From Nitrospira sp. (GTDB lineage Bacteria; Nitrospirota; Nitrospiria; Nitrospirales; Nitrospiraceae), in contig JBGTNJ010000032.1 in NCBI GenBank assembly GCA_041743145.1, forward strand, positions 4,692 through 68,691: DNA of 64,000 nt, written 5' to 3'. Made by a program: the position numbers and the translations under genes. Under the pieces are notes generated by a model that made no database searches, was not told the origin of the DNA, and saw only the letters and a list, made by a program, of their open reading frames with translations. Within the stretch, counting starts at the first letter, position 1. The number at the start of each line of letters is the position of its first letter. Shown here one piece after another: positions 30,916-43,519 of the stretch.

Positions 30916-33333
30916 TCATCGTGATCGGTGTTTCTCAAGATCCAGCACGGCCATCGTCGTTCTAATGACCGCGTCGGGGTTTAAGGACATGCTCTCGATC
31001 CCCTGCTCGACGAGAAAGCGTGCGAACTCCGGATAATCGCTCGGCGCCTGCCCGCAAATGCCGATCTTCCGCCCCTTCGCCCTGGCCACCTTAATCACGG
31101 CCGCCACCATCTTCTTGACCGCCTCGTTCCGTTCGTCGAACAGATGGGCGACGATTTCTGAATCGCGATCGACCCCGAGCACTAGTTGCGTGAGATCGTT
31201 TGACCCGATCGAAAACCCGTCGAAGATCTCGGCGAATTCTTCCGCGAGGATCACGTTGCTCGGGATTTCGCACATCACGTACACTTCGAGTCCCTTCTCT
31301 CCCCGCTTCAACCCATGCCGCTCCATTTCTGCCAGAACAAGTCTCCCTTCTTCAACCGTGCGGCAGAACGGCACCATCAGCTTGACGTTCGTGAGACCCA
31401 TGACCTCCCGCACTTGTTTCATCGCCCGGCATTCTAATGCGAAGCCCTCGCGATAGCGCGGATCGTAATAGCGCGATGCCCCTCGGAATCCCAACATCGG
31501 GTTCTCTTCCTTCGGCTCGTAGCGCCGGCCTCCGATTAGATCGGCGTACTCGTTGCTCTTAAAGTCACTGAGCCGAACGATCACATCCTTCGGGTAGAAT
31601 GCCGCCCCGATCATCGCGACACCCTGCGCCAGCTTGTCGACGAAAAATTCCGACTTGTCCGTATAGCCGGCCGTGACCCGGTTGATTTCAGCCCTCACCG
31701 CATGATCTTCCAGCCGGTCGAACTCGAGGAGCGCCAGAGGATGCACCTTGATAGAGGTGCTGATGATGAATTCTTCTCTCGCCAAGCCGACGCCGTCGTT
31801 CGGTAGGAAGGAAAGGCCGAAGGCTTCTTGCGGGCTTCCGACATTCATCATGATCTTGGTCTTGGGCCGGCTGATCAGGTTCACGTCGAGCTTCTCGACG
31901 TGAAAAGGAATCCCCCCCTCGTACACGAAACCTGTATCGCCTTCCGCACAGGAAATTGTGACGAGCTGCCCATCATGGAGCAGATCGGTGGCATGTTCCG
32001 TCCCGACGATGGCCGGCAGTCCTAATTCACGACTGACGATCGCGGCATGGCAGGTCCGCCCGCCCCGATTGGTGACGATCGCCTGCGCCTTTTTCATTAT
32101 GGGTTCCCAGTCCGGGTCCGTCTTATCCGTCACCAATACCTCACCTGCCTGGAATTCATGTATCTGCTGAACGTTCTTGATGACCCGCACCGGTCCCTGG
32201 GCGATCTTGGCTCCGACACTGCGCCCCTCGACCAATACCTTCCCTCGGTCCTTGAGGCGGTACGCTTCCAGCACATGCCCTTTCTTCAGCGATTCCACGG
32301 TTTCGGGACGCGCTTGCACGATGAAGAGCTCCCCACTCAGGCCGTCCTTTGCCCATTCCATGTCCATCGGGCTCGGGACTCCCCGCTTCACACTGTAATG
32401 GTCTTCGATGACACAGGCCCAGCGGGCAAGCGTCAGAATGTCGTCGTCTGTCACCGCGAACTTCGCCCTCTCGCCCGGAAGTACCGGAAGATTCTTGACC
32501 ATCTTGCTACCGCCGATGTCGTACACAAGTTTGAATTCTTTGGTACCGAGTATTTTCTGCAGAATGGGACGGTAGCCTTGCTTCAACGTCGGTTTGAAGA
32601 CGTAGTACTCATCCGGATTCACCGACCCCTGCACAACGTTTTCGCCGAGACCATAGGCAGCATTGATCAGCACCGCATCGCGAAAACCGGTTTCCGTATC
32701 GATCGAAAACATCACGCCGGACGTCGCCAGATCGGAGCGCACCATCCGTTGGACGCCGATGGACAGCGCGATTTTATAATGATCGAACCCTTTATCGGCT
32801 CGGTACGAAATCGCCCGGTCGGTGAACAGCGACGCGAAGCAGCGTTTGCAGTGTTCGAGCAGTGAGAGATGTCCCTGAACATTCAGATACGTTTCCTGTT
32901 GGCCGGCGAAACTGGCGTCGGGAAGATCCTCAGCCGTCGCGCTGCTCCGGACGGCGACATCGACCGGTTCGACATGGCTGTCGCTCAACCGGTCGTAGGC
33001 ATCGGAAATCGCTTCGGTTAAGTCCAGCGGAAACACGGCGCCAAGGATTACCTGCCGCACCTGCCTCCCGCGCTGGCGAAGGTTGTCCAGGTTGTGGGTG
33101 TCGAGGTCTTTGAGAATGGTCCTGATCCTGCCGTCGAGTTTTGCCTCTCTCAAGAAGGCGCGGTACGCATCCGCAGTGACGGCAAAGCCGTTCGGTACCT
33201 TCACACCTTTGGCGGCCAGCTCGCGATACATTTCACCCAACGAAGCGTTCTTCCCTCCGACAGACGGTACGTCTTCAATGCCCACCTCTTCAAACCATTT
33301 CACCAGTTCAATACTCTGTGTAACTCTGCCCAT
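30916..33333 (-). CDS. ppsA: Phosphoenolpyruvate synthase (pyruvate, water dikinase)
   Basis: VGGKNASLGEM, VRSSATAEDLPDASFAGQQETYLN, GGRTCHAAI, EENPMLGFRG, GICGQAPSD. Confidence 0.96.
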   Translation of the reverse strand: MGRVTQSIELVKWFEEVGIEDVPSVGGKNASLGEMYRELAAKGVKVPNGFAVTADAYRAFLREAKLDGRIRTILKDLDTHNLDNLRQRGRQVRQVILGAVFPLDLTEAISDAYDRLSDSHVEPVDVAVRSSATAEDLPDASFAGQQETYLNVQGHLSLLEHCKRCFASLFTDRAISYRADKGFDHYKIALSIGVQRMVRSDLATSGVMFSIDTETGFRDAVLINAAYGLGENVVQGSVNPDEYYVFKPTLKQGYRPILQKILGTKEFKLVYDIGGSKMVKNLPVLPGERAKFAVTDDDILTLARWACVIEDHYSVKRGVPSPMDMEWAKDGLSGELFIVQARPETVESLKKGHVLEAYRLKDRGKVLVEGRSVGAKIAQGPVRVIKNVQQIHEFQAGEVLVTDKTDPDWEPIMKKAQAIVTNRGGRTCHAAIVSRELGLPAIVGTEHATDLLHDGQLVTISCAEGDTGFVYEGGIPFHVEKLDVNLISRPKTKIMMNVGSPQEAFGLSFLPNDGVGLAREEFIISTSIKVHPLALLEFDRLEDHAVRAEINRVTAGYTDKSEFFVDKLAQGVAMIGAAFYPKDVIVRLSDFKSNEYADLIGGRRYEPKEENPMLGFRGASRYYDPRYREGFALECRAMKQVREVMGLTNVKLMVPFCRTVEEGRLVLAEMERHGLKRGEKGLEVYVMCEIPSNVILAEEFAEIFDGFSIGSNDLTQLVLGVDRDSEIVAHLFDERNEAVKKMVAAVIKVARAKGRKIGICGQAPSDYPEFARFLVEQGIESMSLNPDAVIRTTMAVLDLEKHRSR

Positions 33334-33425
33334 GGGTGCTCCTTCCTTGGATCCTTGGATCCTTTGATCGATCATGTAGGCAGCCCACCACCTTATGCAA
33401 CAACTGTTAAGACCATCATCGAATA

Positions 33426-34697
33426 TCAGCCGACCAGTTGCTTGACCAATCGCAGCTCATCGCGAACCAATCGAGGCAGGAGGAAGTTCTTGCGCACATG
33501 TTCGCGGCCGGCCCGTCCAAGCGAGCCACGTTCACCGGGATGGCGCAACAGATGGACGATGCGTTCGGCACAGGATTCGATGCTCTGGACTAGGTTCGCC
33601 TCGAACCCTTCCGGGTACTGCATCGGAATCCCTCCGGCCTGTCCCGCAACAACAGCCTTTTCTTTCCAAAAGGCCTCCGACACGACGAGTCCAAACCCCT
33701 CGCGCAACGATTTCTGTATGACGACATCGCAGCCTCTCTGGAACACATTGACTTCCATGCTGCCGACGCCAGCCAGGTTTGTAAAAACGAACATGCTCGT
33801 ATCACCTGACGCCTCCTCCTCTACACGGTCGAGCAGTTCCCACCCCTCCGGATCGTCTCCGGCCATAGCGCCGATCAAGGCCAGCTGCACGTCGGGAACT
33901 TCCTTCTTTACCAGCCGGTACGCCTCGATGACGCCCAGCGGATCTTTCCAGGGATCGAATCGCGACACCTGCACAATCAGGGGCTTGCCCGGGTCGACGC
34001 CGGAATCTGCGATGGCGCGGCGGCACAGATCCTGGGAAAGATCCATGTTCTTCGTCGCCAAAGGGTCGATGGCCGGCGCGATAAAGGCGGCGCGTTGGGT
34101 CCTGAGACCCGGCAAGAGAAACTCGGACATCGTGAAGACCACGGCATCATATTCCTCGAGATACGGCAGCAGAAATCTGCTGACCTCTTTGTCCGGCGAG
34201 GAACTATCAATGTGGCACCGCCAAATCCACTTCGCATGGCGGGGGCCGGTGAAGTGCCGTAACGCCGCCGGTTGGGGATCGTGCACGATGTAGACGTCGT
34301 AGTCGTTGCCCAACGCCTCCGCACTGCGTTCGTTCACCTCTAAATACAGCTTCTGTTCTTCCTCGCCCAAGGCATAATGTCCACCCTGCAACGCGTTGTG
34401 AAAAGCTTTCGTGACGGTAAAGAATTCCGGTTGGCCATGGATCAAGCGCCAGTCGGCTGAAACGCCCAATGCCTGCAGCATCGGCAGGTACCGGGAAAGG
34501 AGTTCAGCAACGCCTCCGCCGAAGGCCGTCGAGTTGAGGTGGCAAATCCGCACATCTTTCAGCTCATGCGCGAGCTGCAACAGCTCCTCACTCAATTCAT
34601 CGCTGATCAGCATGCGGTAGCGCTGAACATTGGCCAGCATGGCCCCACATCGGCGACTCACGGAAATCTTCGGAAGCATCGTTGCTCCTTTCGTCAA
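33426..34697 (-). CDS. treT: Trehalose glycosyltransferring synthase-like GT4
   Basis: NSTAFGGGVAELL, HNALQG, HDPQP, WRCHID, VSRFDPWKDP, EGFGLVVSEA.WK. Start may be slightly downstream. Confidence 0.85.
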   Translation of the reverse strand: MTKGATMLPKISVSRRCGAMLANVQRYRMLISDELSEELLQLAHELKDVRICHLNSTAFGGGVAELLSRYLPMLQALGVSADWRLIHGQPEFFTVTKAFHNALQGGHYALGEEEQKLYLEVNERSAEALGNDYDVYIVHDPQPAALRHFTGPRHAKWIWRCHIDSSSPDKEVSRFLLPYLEEYDAVVFTMSEFLLPGLRTQRAAFIAPAIDPLATKNMDLSQDLCRRAIADSGVDPGKPLIVQVSRFDPWKDPLGVIEAYRLVKKEVPDVQLALIGAMAGDDPEGWELLDRVEEEASGDTSMFVFTNLAGVGSMEVNVFQRGCDVVIQKSLREGFGLVVSEAFWKEKAVVAGQAGGIPMQYPEGFEANLVQSIESCAERIVHLLRHPGERGSLGRAGREHVRKNFLLPRLVRDELRLVKQLVG

Positions 34698-35719
34698 GCG
34701 GATGTACCAGCCGCCGAGGCCTCTTCTTGTTCCCTGATCACGGCTGCCGACTGTTCAGGCAGCATGGTCGAAATGTAAATGCCGGATCCCAGCTCGAATC
34801 CGGCGATGGTCGCCAGCCGCGGAAGAATCTGGATGTGCCAGAGATAGTAATCCTTGTTCTCGTCTTCGATCGGTGCGCTGTGGATGATGAAGTTGAAATC
34901 CGGATCGCCCAGCCGGTCGTACAAGGCCCGCAGCGTTCGACGCAACACCGGTCCCAATTCACGGAGATCCTTCTCGCTCACCTGTCCGAACGACGGTTGA
35001 TGCCGCTTGGGCATGATCCAGGTCTCGAACGCCACCCGGGAAGCGAAGGGATGGAAGACCAAAAACCGATCTGTTTCCATGACAACCCGGTTCTTCACCC
35101 GCCGTTCTTCCTCTGCGATATCGCAATACAAACACCGACCGGTGTCGTCGTAGTGAGCGACGGCGACCTCGTATTTCCGGCGCAACAGCATCGGCGGGAC
35201 CGGCGTTGCGACCAGTTGCGAATGCGGATGCGCGAGCGACGTCCCGGCCGCTTCGCCATGGTTCTTGAAAATGATGATGTATTTGAGACGCAGATCTGCT
35301 TTCAACGTCCGAAATCTCGCCTGATAGGCAATCAGAACATCGGCCACTTCATGGTCCGTCATCAGGGGCATACTTCTGTCGTGAGCGGGCGTCTCAATGA
35401 TCACCTCGTGCATCCCTACTCCGTCCATTTCACGGAACAAAGGTCCCGTTTCTCGTCGTTCCAGCTGACCCGTTGCTCCAAGCGCCGGATATTTGTTCGA
35501 GGTCACGCGCACGACCCAGCCGGATCCACTCCCACCCGGTATTCTGAAGACCTCATCAGGCGTAGCTGCTTCATGACCGGGACAAAATGGACAGGGACCG
35601 CTCTCAGTTGGTTGCGGGCGAGCACGGGCCTGCTGGTTATATTCGTGCGGGCGTCTTTTCCGTTCCGCCGCAATGATGACCCATTCCTTTGTCGTCGGAT
35701 CTTGCCGAATAATGGACAT
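34694..35719 (-). CDS. galT: GalT-family nucleoside-diphosphate-sugar/hexose-1-P nucleotidyltransferase
   Basis: CPFCPGHE, NKYPAL, HEVIIE, FKNHG.AAGTSLAHPHSQ (HxHxQ), CLYCD, AGFELG. The true substrate is not certain. Confidence 0.85.
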   Translation of the reverse strand: MSIIRQDPTTKEWVIIAAERKRRPHEYNQQARARPQPTESGPCPFCPGHEAATPDEVFRIPGGSGSGWVVRVTSNKYPALGATGQLERRETGPLFREMDGVGMHEVIIETPAHDRSMPLMTDHEVADVLIAYQARFRTLKADLRLKYIIIFKNHGEAAGTSLAHPHSQLVATPVPPMLLRRKYEVAVAHYDDTGRCLYCDIAEEERRVKNRVVMETDRFLVFHPFASRVAFETWIMPKRHQPSFGQVSEKDLRELGPVLRRTLRALYDRLGDPDFNFIIHSAPIEDENKDYYLWHIQILPRLATIAGFELGSGIYISTMLPEQSAAVIREQEEASAAGTSA

Positions 35720-35725
35720 ATCAAG

Positions 35726-35911
35726 TTACCTGTCCGATTGGAGCTTCCGGCCCAGAAGGTCGGTCTGCTTCGACACGTACCGTCCGGGGTCTTTCTCAAA
35801 CGCCTCCTGACAGCCTGGAGCGCAAAAATAATACGTTTTACCTTCATAGGTGCTTTGCGCCGCCGCCGATTGCTCATCCACATCCATCTGACAGACAGGA
35901 TCTTTTAGCAT
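35726..35911 (-). CDS. YHS/TRASH metal-binding domain protein
   Basis: DPVCQMDVD, YYFCAPGCQEAF. RBS AGGAGG. Confidence 0.88.
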   Translation of the reverse strand: MLKDPVCQMDVDEQSAAAQSTYEGKTYYFCAPGCQEAFEKDPGRYVSKQTDLLGRKLQSDR

Positions 35912-36124
35912 GGTGGCCTCCTTTCCTCAGCCGCGTGATTATCGTCGACGCGGCACGCTGAAGTTGCTCATCATCAACACTTCGATTTCTTCAGGACTCT
36001 CCTCTTGCCGGAGAGCGTTGCGCCGGTGCAGAACTCCCATTCCGTCACGAGCGGACACCGAAACACACACTCGCGTGCACGACCATGCCCTCTGGATGAA
36101 AGCAATTCTTTCATGACTCAGCCC

Positions 36125-37030
36125 TCAGGAGGCTGGGCGGCGTCCCTTGCGTGACAGCGCCTCAAAGCCGGAAATGACGTCGAACAGTTCCTCGTCGATG
36201 CCACCCTGGCGCAAACGATGAAATGTCCCGTTGAGATGATCTAGCAATTCGTCGATGTTGTTGTCGGCTCGCTGCATCGCTGCCAGGCGGCTCGCGTTCT
36301 CGCTTGCGAGGGATTCGGCGCAGGCCCGGAAGAGGGAGACGAAAAGATATTCACGGATAAGCGCCCGCAAGGTGGCGGTGCCGCCCCCCATGACCTCGGG
36401 CAAGTTTTGCGTTGGCCACGGAAGTTCGGCCAGCTTACGTCGCCAGGTTTCGTCCAGCGGGAGCAGTCGCTGATTGACGGGCTCATACACTGCCCCGGAT
36501 GAGGGGCGGTTATAGAAGAGGTGAAGTTCGACGACCTCGTTATGGCTGCGGCGCGCCTCGCTTTCCACAAGGATCTGGCCGACGAGGGGTGTGATGGCAT
36601 TGACGGAATTGGGCACGGCGAAGAGACCGACCGGAGGCAGGCCCGCGTCCGCCAGACGCCCGTGCACGCGTTCGCCGACCGCCCAAATCTGATGTTTTCC
36701 GGGAAGAGCGGCCAGAGTGTTCACCGCAAAATCGGCTACCACGTCATTGAACTGCCCCACCAGCCCCTGATCGGAACCGAATACAACCGCACCGACGGAG
36801 GCCTCATCGGTGTGTCGGTTACCTTCTAGCCACAGCGCGGTTGACGTGCTTTCCCGGAAACACACACTCAACCCCATCTCTACAGTCCGATAATAGTCAG
36901 CCAACGCGTGCACTGATTGTTCGTATTGTCCGATACTCGAAGCGGCCAGGGCTTTCATTGTGCGGACCACGGACTGGAGATCTCCAGCACTGTTGATTTT
37001 GCGGCGCAGACTCGCCGTCGTCTCGCTCAT
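36125..37030 (-). CDS. atpG: N-ATPase gamma subunit
   Basis: [47 protein letters not shown]. Confidence 0.93.
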   Translation of the reverse strand: MSETTASLRRKINSAGDLQSVVRTMKALAASSIGQYEQSVHALADYYRTVEMGLSVCFRESTSTALWLEGNRHTDEASVGAVVFGSDQGLVGQFNDVVADFAVNTLAALPGKHQIWAVGERVHGRLADAGLPPVGLFAVPNSVNAITPLVGQILVESEARRSHNEVVELHLFYNRPSSGAVYEPVNQRLLPLDETWRRKLAELPWPTQNLPEVMGGGTATLRALIREYLFVSLFRACAESLASENASRLAAMQRADNNIDELLDHLNGTFHRLRQGGIDEELFDVISGFEALSRKGRRPAS

Positions 37031-38670
37031 GATTTCTCCTCGGCCTCTGCTTTTGGTTTCGGTGTAGTTGCCGGATTCGGCTTCGGTTTGATGCCCGCAT
37101 CAGATATGGGTTCCCCTTTGGGCTCAGATTTTGATCCCGGCTTAGATTGGAAACGGACGAGTGAATGGCGGGCGATTTCGATGATCGTGTCGCGATCTTC
37201 ATCGCTCAACGTCTCGGCAGTTTCGAATCGCGCGCATACCTCCGCCGGGATGTGCGCCGCCGCCTCGTGTAAGGCCTGCTCGGCGTCCGTCATCTGGTCG
37301 ATCGGCACCGGGTCGAAGAGTTTCTCGGTCAACGCCAGCAACACAGCGATTTGTGCGGCCACGGATACCGGGGCGAATTCCGGTTGCTTGAGGCAGGCGC
37401 GGATTCTCCGTCCATGTTTGATGATCATGCGGGTGTCGTCATCCAGGCGGGCGCCGAACCTGGCAAAGGTCTCGAGCTCCTCGAACTGCGCGTAGGCGAG
37501 CTTGAGATCGCCCGCCACGGCGCGGTAGGCCGCCCATTGCGCCTTGCCGCCGACGCGCGAGACCGATTTGCCCACATCAACCGCGGGCAGCACCCCTAAT
37601 TCGAACAACGATGGCGAGAGGTAGATCTGCCCGTCCGTAATGGAGATCAAATTGGTTGGGATGTAGGCGGAGATGTTCTGCGCCTCAGTTTCGATGATAG
37701 GCAGCGCGGTGAGCGAGCCGCCACCAAGCTCCTTACGCAAGTGCGTGGCACGTTCCAATAGCCGCGAGTGAATATAAAAGATGTCGCCAGGGAACGCTTC
37801 CCGTCCAGGTGGACGGCGCATCAACAGAGAAAGCTCGCGATAGGCGCGGGCATGATGGGTGAGATCGTCGTATACGATCAGCACATCGCGGCCTCGCTCC
37901 ATGAAATGCTCTGCGATACTGGTGGCGGCGTACGGAGCGATGTAAGCGAGGCCCGGCGGGTCGTGGCCTTCGGTGACAACCACTATGGTGTAATCCATCG
38001 CACCTTTTTCGCGAAGAGCGGCGATCACTTTCGCCACGCCGGACGCCCGCTGGGCAATGGCACAATAGACGCATAGGACATTCTGGCCACGTTGGTTGAT
38101 GATGGTGTCGATCGCAATGGCGGTTTTGCCCGTCTGCCGGTCGCCCAGAATCAACTCGCGCTGGCCGCGCCCGATAGGAATGAGCGCGTCAATGACCTTT
38201 AGTCCGGTTTGGAGCGGCACGGTGACTGGCGCGCGGTCCAAGATCGGCGCGGAGGGGCGTTCGATGGGCAGGCGCTCTGTGGCGGCTACCGGCCCATAGC
38301 CATCGAGGGGTCGACCGAGCGGGTCAATGACACGGCCCACCAATTCGTCGCCCACAGCCACGTCCATGACCTGGCCCGTACGAGCGACTTGATCGCCTGC
38401 GTGCAGATGCCAGTATTCCCCGAGCAGCACGACGCCGATTTCGTTCTCATCCACGTTGAATGCGATGCCGAACACATCGCCGGGAAATTTCACCAGCTCG
38501 TCAAAGCCCACATTGGGAAGGCCGGAGACCCGGGCGATGCCCGTGGAGACGCCGGTGACCGTGCCTACCTCGTGCGGCGCCAGTTGCGGCGTGAAGCTTT
38601 CGCGTGCCTGGATCAGCTCAGCGAACGCGCGGTCGAAGACCCGTTGCAACGAGTTGGGCGACGCGCTCAT
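37027..38670 (-). CDS. atpA: N-ATPase alpha subunit with a Pro/Lys-rich C-terminal tail
   Basis: [36 protein letters not shown]. Confidence 0.96.
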   Translation of the reverse strand: MSASPNSLQRVFDRAFAELIQARESFTPQLAPHEVGTVTGVSTGIARVSGLPNVGFDELVKFPGDVFGIAFNVDENEIGVVLLGEYWHLHAGDQVARTGQVMDVAVGDELVGRVIDPLGRPLDGYGPVAATERLPIERPSAPILDRAPVTVPLQTGLKVIDALIPIGRGQRELILGDRQTGKTAIAIDTIINQRGQNVLCVYCAIAQRASGVAKVIAALREKGAMDYTIVVVTEGHDPPGLAYIAPYAATSIAEHFMERGRDVLIVYDDLTHHARAYRELSLLMRRPPGREAFPGDIFYIHSRLLERATHLRKELGGGSLTALPIIETEAQNISAYIPTNLISITDGQIYLSPSLFELGVLPAVDVGKSVSRVGGKAQWAAYRAVAGDLKLAYAQFEELETFARFGARLDDDTRMIIKHGRRIRACLKQPEFAPVSVAAQIAVLLALTEKLFDPVPIDQMTDAEQALHEAAAHIPAEVCARFETAETLSDEDRDTIIEIARHSLVRFQSKPGSKSEPKGEPISDAGIKPKPNPATTPKPKAEAEEKS

Positions 38671-39596
38671 TTTTCTTCCTCAAGATCCGCAGGCTTAGTC
38701 CCGGGCTCCGGCTGAACATCGGCTTCAGGTTGGAGTTGCTCCTTAGTTACTTCTTTAGATACAAACGTAAGCTCCGGCTTGGACGCGTCTGGTCCAGATT
38801 CGGACGTACACATCGTCTCCACCTGCCTCTGGAATTTGGACTGGTCTTTCAGCAATTCGCCGAGACTCTTTTCCAGTGACACGAGATAATCCTCGATGCT
38901 CCAAGCAACCTTTAGCCCGTTCGCAGTGAGTTCGATCCCGCTGATCACGTCCGGCGCGGTCTCGAAACGGACTTGGATTTCAGCGGAAAAGGTTTCGTTG
39001 AGCGCCTGTTGTATTGCGGCTCGTTGCTCCAACGGCAGTTCGAAGGCGCTGCATACGAGCGCCGGGTCGGACGATGTTTTCAATGCCTTGGCGAGACCTT
39101 CCTTCGCCTCACCGTTCAGCTCTCGCACGCGGCGCGTGAACACCTCGCTCATGCGTTCTTCCAGTCTTGAGCCGGCGAGGTCCGACAGCGTCTTTCGCGC
39201 AATGGCAAACACTTCCTCCCGGGTTCGTCGAGCGATTTCGTCGTTGAGGTGCTGTTGTTCGCGTTTCCACGCATCCTGTCGTTTAACACGCAGGGCGTCG
39301 GCCGTCTGCCGCGACTCATTGAGGAGGCGCTGACGCTCGACGTTTGCCTCATCCGTAGCCTGGCTCATGAGCTCGTCGCGCTGCCGGTCGAACTCCTCGT
39401 TCTTGTGTTGGAACTCGTCACGCTCCTTTTGGGCTTCAGTTTGTTTCGCAGCGGCATCGGCGAGTTCAGCGGCGATACGCTTCTCCCGCGCGTCGATGGC
39501 ATCGAGGATGGGCTTGTAGAGAAAGCGCTTCATTAACCACACCAGGATGAGAAAGTTGAGCGCCTGCGCAACGACGGTGAACCAATCGATGAGCAT
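38667..39596 (-). CDS. atpF: N-ATPase b subunit (b fused to a delta-like region) with an acidic tail
   Basis: [27 protein letters not shown], coiled coil, ISGIEL, KVAWSI..YL. Confidence 0.9.
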   Translation of the reverse strand: MLIDWFTVVAQALNFLILVWLMKRFLYKPILDAIDAREKRIAAELADAAAKQTEAQKERDEFQHKNEEFDRQRDELMSQATDEANVERQRLLNESRQTADALRVKRQDAWKREQQHLNDEIARRTREEVFAIARKTLSDLAGSRLEERMSEVFTRRVRELNGEAKEGLAKALKTSSDPALVCSAFELPLEQRAAIQQALNETFSAEIQVRFETAPDVISGIELTANGLKVAWSIEDYLVSLEKSLGELLKDQSKFQRQVETMCTSESGPDASKPELTFVSKEVTKEQLQPEADVQPEPGTKPADLEEEK

Positions 39597-39599
39597 GGG

Positions 39600-39881
39600 T
39601 TACTTTCCTGCAGCTTGGGCGATGACGTGGTTCCAGAACGGGTTGGCGAAAAGGAGAATCATCGAAACCACGAAACAGTAGATGGCCGTGGATTCGATCA
39701 TTGCCAGGCCCACGAATAAGGTCCGGGTGATGGTCGCGGAGGCATCAGGTTGCTGGGCCAGCGAAGTCAACGCGCTCGAGACCGCCTTCCCCTCGCCCAA
39801 TGCCGGCCCTATAGCGCCGAAGCTAGTGGTAATACCTGCAGTAACAATTGATGCCACCGCAATAATCGTCAAACTATCCAT
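39600..39881 (-). CDS. atpE: N-ATPase c subunit
   Basis: GPALGEG, QQPD, GLAMIESTAIY, FANPF. ATG 39881 follows AAGGAG. Confidence 0.95.
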   Translation of the reverse strand: MDSLTIIAVASIVTAGITTSFGAIGPALGEGKAVSSALTSLAQQPDASATITRTLFVGLAMIESTAIYCFVVSMILLFANPFWNHVIAQAAGK

Positions 39882-39919
39882 CCGTATCTCCTTTTGTTGT
39901 CGCAGTTCATCGCTCAATG

Positions 39920-40609
39920 TTATGCATCTGGTTCTGGCTTGGACCTACGGACTCGCGTGGCAGCCGCGATGTATACCGCCGCCAGGATACTGAAGATGTA
40001 GGCCTGTACCATGCCGGTGAGCAGACCGAGCGCCGTCATGGCAATCGGAAAGATAAACGGCGTAATAGTAAGCAGGATACCGATAATCATTGCTCCGCTC
40101 ATCATGTTGCCGAACAGACGGACGGCCAAGGCCAGCGTGCGGGAAATTTCGCTGATGATATTGAACGGCAGCATGATGGCCGTCGGCTGCGCGTAGGACT
40201 TGAGGTATGCCCCCACGCCCCGTTCCGCAATGCCGAACAGGGGTACGGCCACAAACACGCACAGCGCCAGTGCCGCTGTGGTCGAAAGCGAGCCAGTCGG
40301 CGGCTCGTAGCCGGGGATGACGGTGCAGAGGCTGGCTGCGGCGATAAATAGAAAGAGCGTACCCAAAAAAGGGAGATATTTCTTCGGGTGGCTAAGGCCG
40401 ACCTCTTCGATTTGTTTCTCGATCGCGCTGACGATGATTTCGAGAAGGTTCTGCCAGCGGGAACGTTCGAGACCCGTGGAAAGTTTGCGCGTGATGACTC
40501 GTGAACCAATGGCCAGCACGAGCATGAGTCCCCACGTGAATACAATGGTCGCATTGAGTTTAAGGAACCCTTGGTGCCAGAAGATGATCTCGTCGGGACT
40601 AAGGCGCAT
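39920..40609 (-). CDS. atpB: N-ATPase a subunit
   Basis: MRLSPD, PPTGSLST, LAVRLFGNM (conserved Arg), QAYIF. Confidence 0.94.
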   Translation of the reverse strand: MRLSPDEIIFWHQGFLKLNATIVFTWGLMLVLAIGSRVITRKLSTGLERSRWQNLLEIIVSAIEKQIEEVGLSHPKKYLPFLGTLFLFIAAASLCTVIPGYEPPTGSLSTTAALALCVFVAVPLFGIAERGVGAYLKSYAQPTAIMLPFNIISEISRTLALAVRLFGNMMSGAMIIGILLTITPFIFPIAMTALGLLTGMVQAYIFSILAAVYIAAATRVRRSKPEPDA

Positions 40610-40913
40610 GGCTGGCCTCCTTCGCGGGGGCGTTGTAGTGTTCGACCGGCGAGCCAGTAAGCCTTGTCACGACGAAATGGGCGATGACAAATCCTAGGAG
40701 ACACAGTAGCAACCGCGCATAATCACCACTCGAGGCAAAATAAAAACCAGCGAGGACAGTACCTGTCCGTAACAGCAGGCTGCCCAGAAACCAAACCGCC
40801 GGACGTTTGGCCGAAACCCCCTTCCGCACCGTCCACCACAGGCCGCCGAAGAATATCGTTCCGAGCACCCCTCCCGCCACCAAGGCCAGCGCCAGTGCCA
40901 GCGTTTCATTCAT
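40599..40913 (-). CDS. atpR: N-ATPase membrane subunit AtpR
   Basis: FFGGLWWTV, SLLLR. Its position between atpQ and atpB is diagnostic of N-ATPase. Confidence 0.85.
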   Translation of the reverse strand: MNETLALALALVAGGVLGTIFFGGLWWTVRKGVSAKRPAVWFLGSLLLRTGTVLAGFYFASSGDYARLLLCLLGFVIAHFVVTRLTGSPVEHYNAPAKEASHAP

Positions 40914-41236
40914 TGTTATTCTCCTGCTCCTCCCGCATCTCCCTGTCTTCCTTGGTCACCCAATGCCACGCATTGAAACAGCCGATCGCGAGCCCGGCCA
41001 CCAACAGCGCCAGCGTCCAGGAGCGGCCTCCCGGATAGTGTCTGTCCAACCAAAGACCCAGCGCGGCGCCAAGCAGCGTCGGAATCGCCACCGACCAGCC
41101 GATCAGTCCCATCATGCCCAGGCCAAACCAAACGGTCCGCGTAACGTGGCGCTGCGCCCGGAGTTTGCGTGCCGCCTTCGCGCCGACCTCCTGACTGAGC
41201 GGCGGTTTCGGCTCCAACGGTTGAGGTTGTCGTTGG

Positions 41237-41244
<8 letters not shown>
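40906..41244 (-). CDS. atpQ: N-ATPase subunit AtpQ (AtpI/AtpZ-like, 'ATPase gene 1')
   Basis: GLGMMGLIGWSVAIPTLLG..LG.WLD, GCFNAW.WV. 8-nt overlaps on both sides support ATG 41244. Confidence 0.85.
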
Positions 41245-43178
<1,934 letters not shown>

Positions 43179-43519
43179 TCAGGAGACGGCCATCCGCTGA
43201 GTCAGTCGGGACGCCACCGATGATGACCTGCCATGCCTGGCCATCGGGGCGGCGCCTCATGCCGGATGCCGTCATGCATCCCGGGCTTCATATGGTCATA
43301 GTTGTTCCAGTTCTGGCCGTTCGCCGCATTCAGGCCAGGTGACCTTGGACTGAAATTCCTGTGCCACTGACAAGCCGGCGCCGGGCTCTGTTTCGGTTCG
43401 CCCACAGACACATTTCATCTGGACCACCGATATTGCCCCTGATGGGGACACGATTTGTCGAACATCGGGGTGGACCACAGCCGCATGAACAAGAGATGGA
43501 TACACTGTCCGCGCCGACG

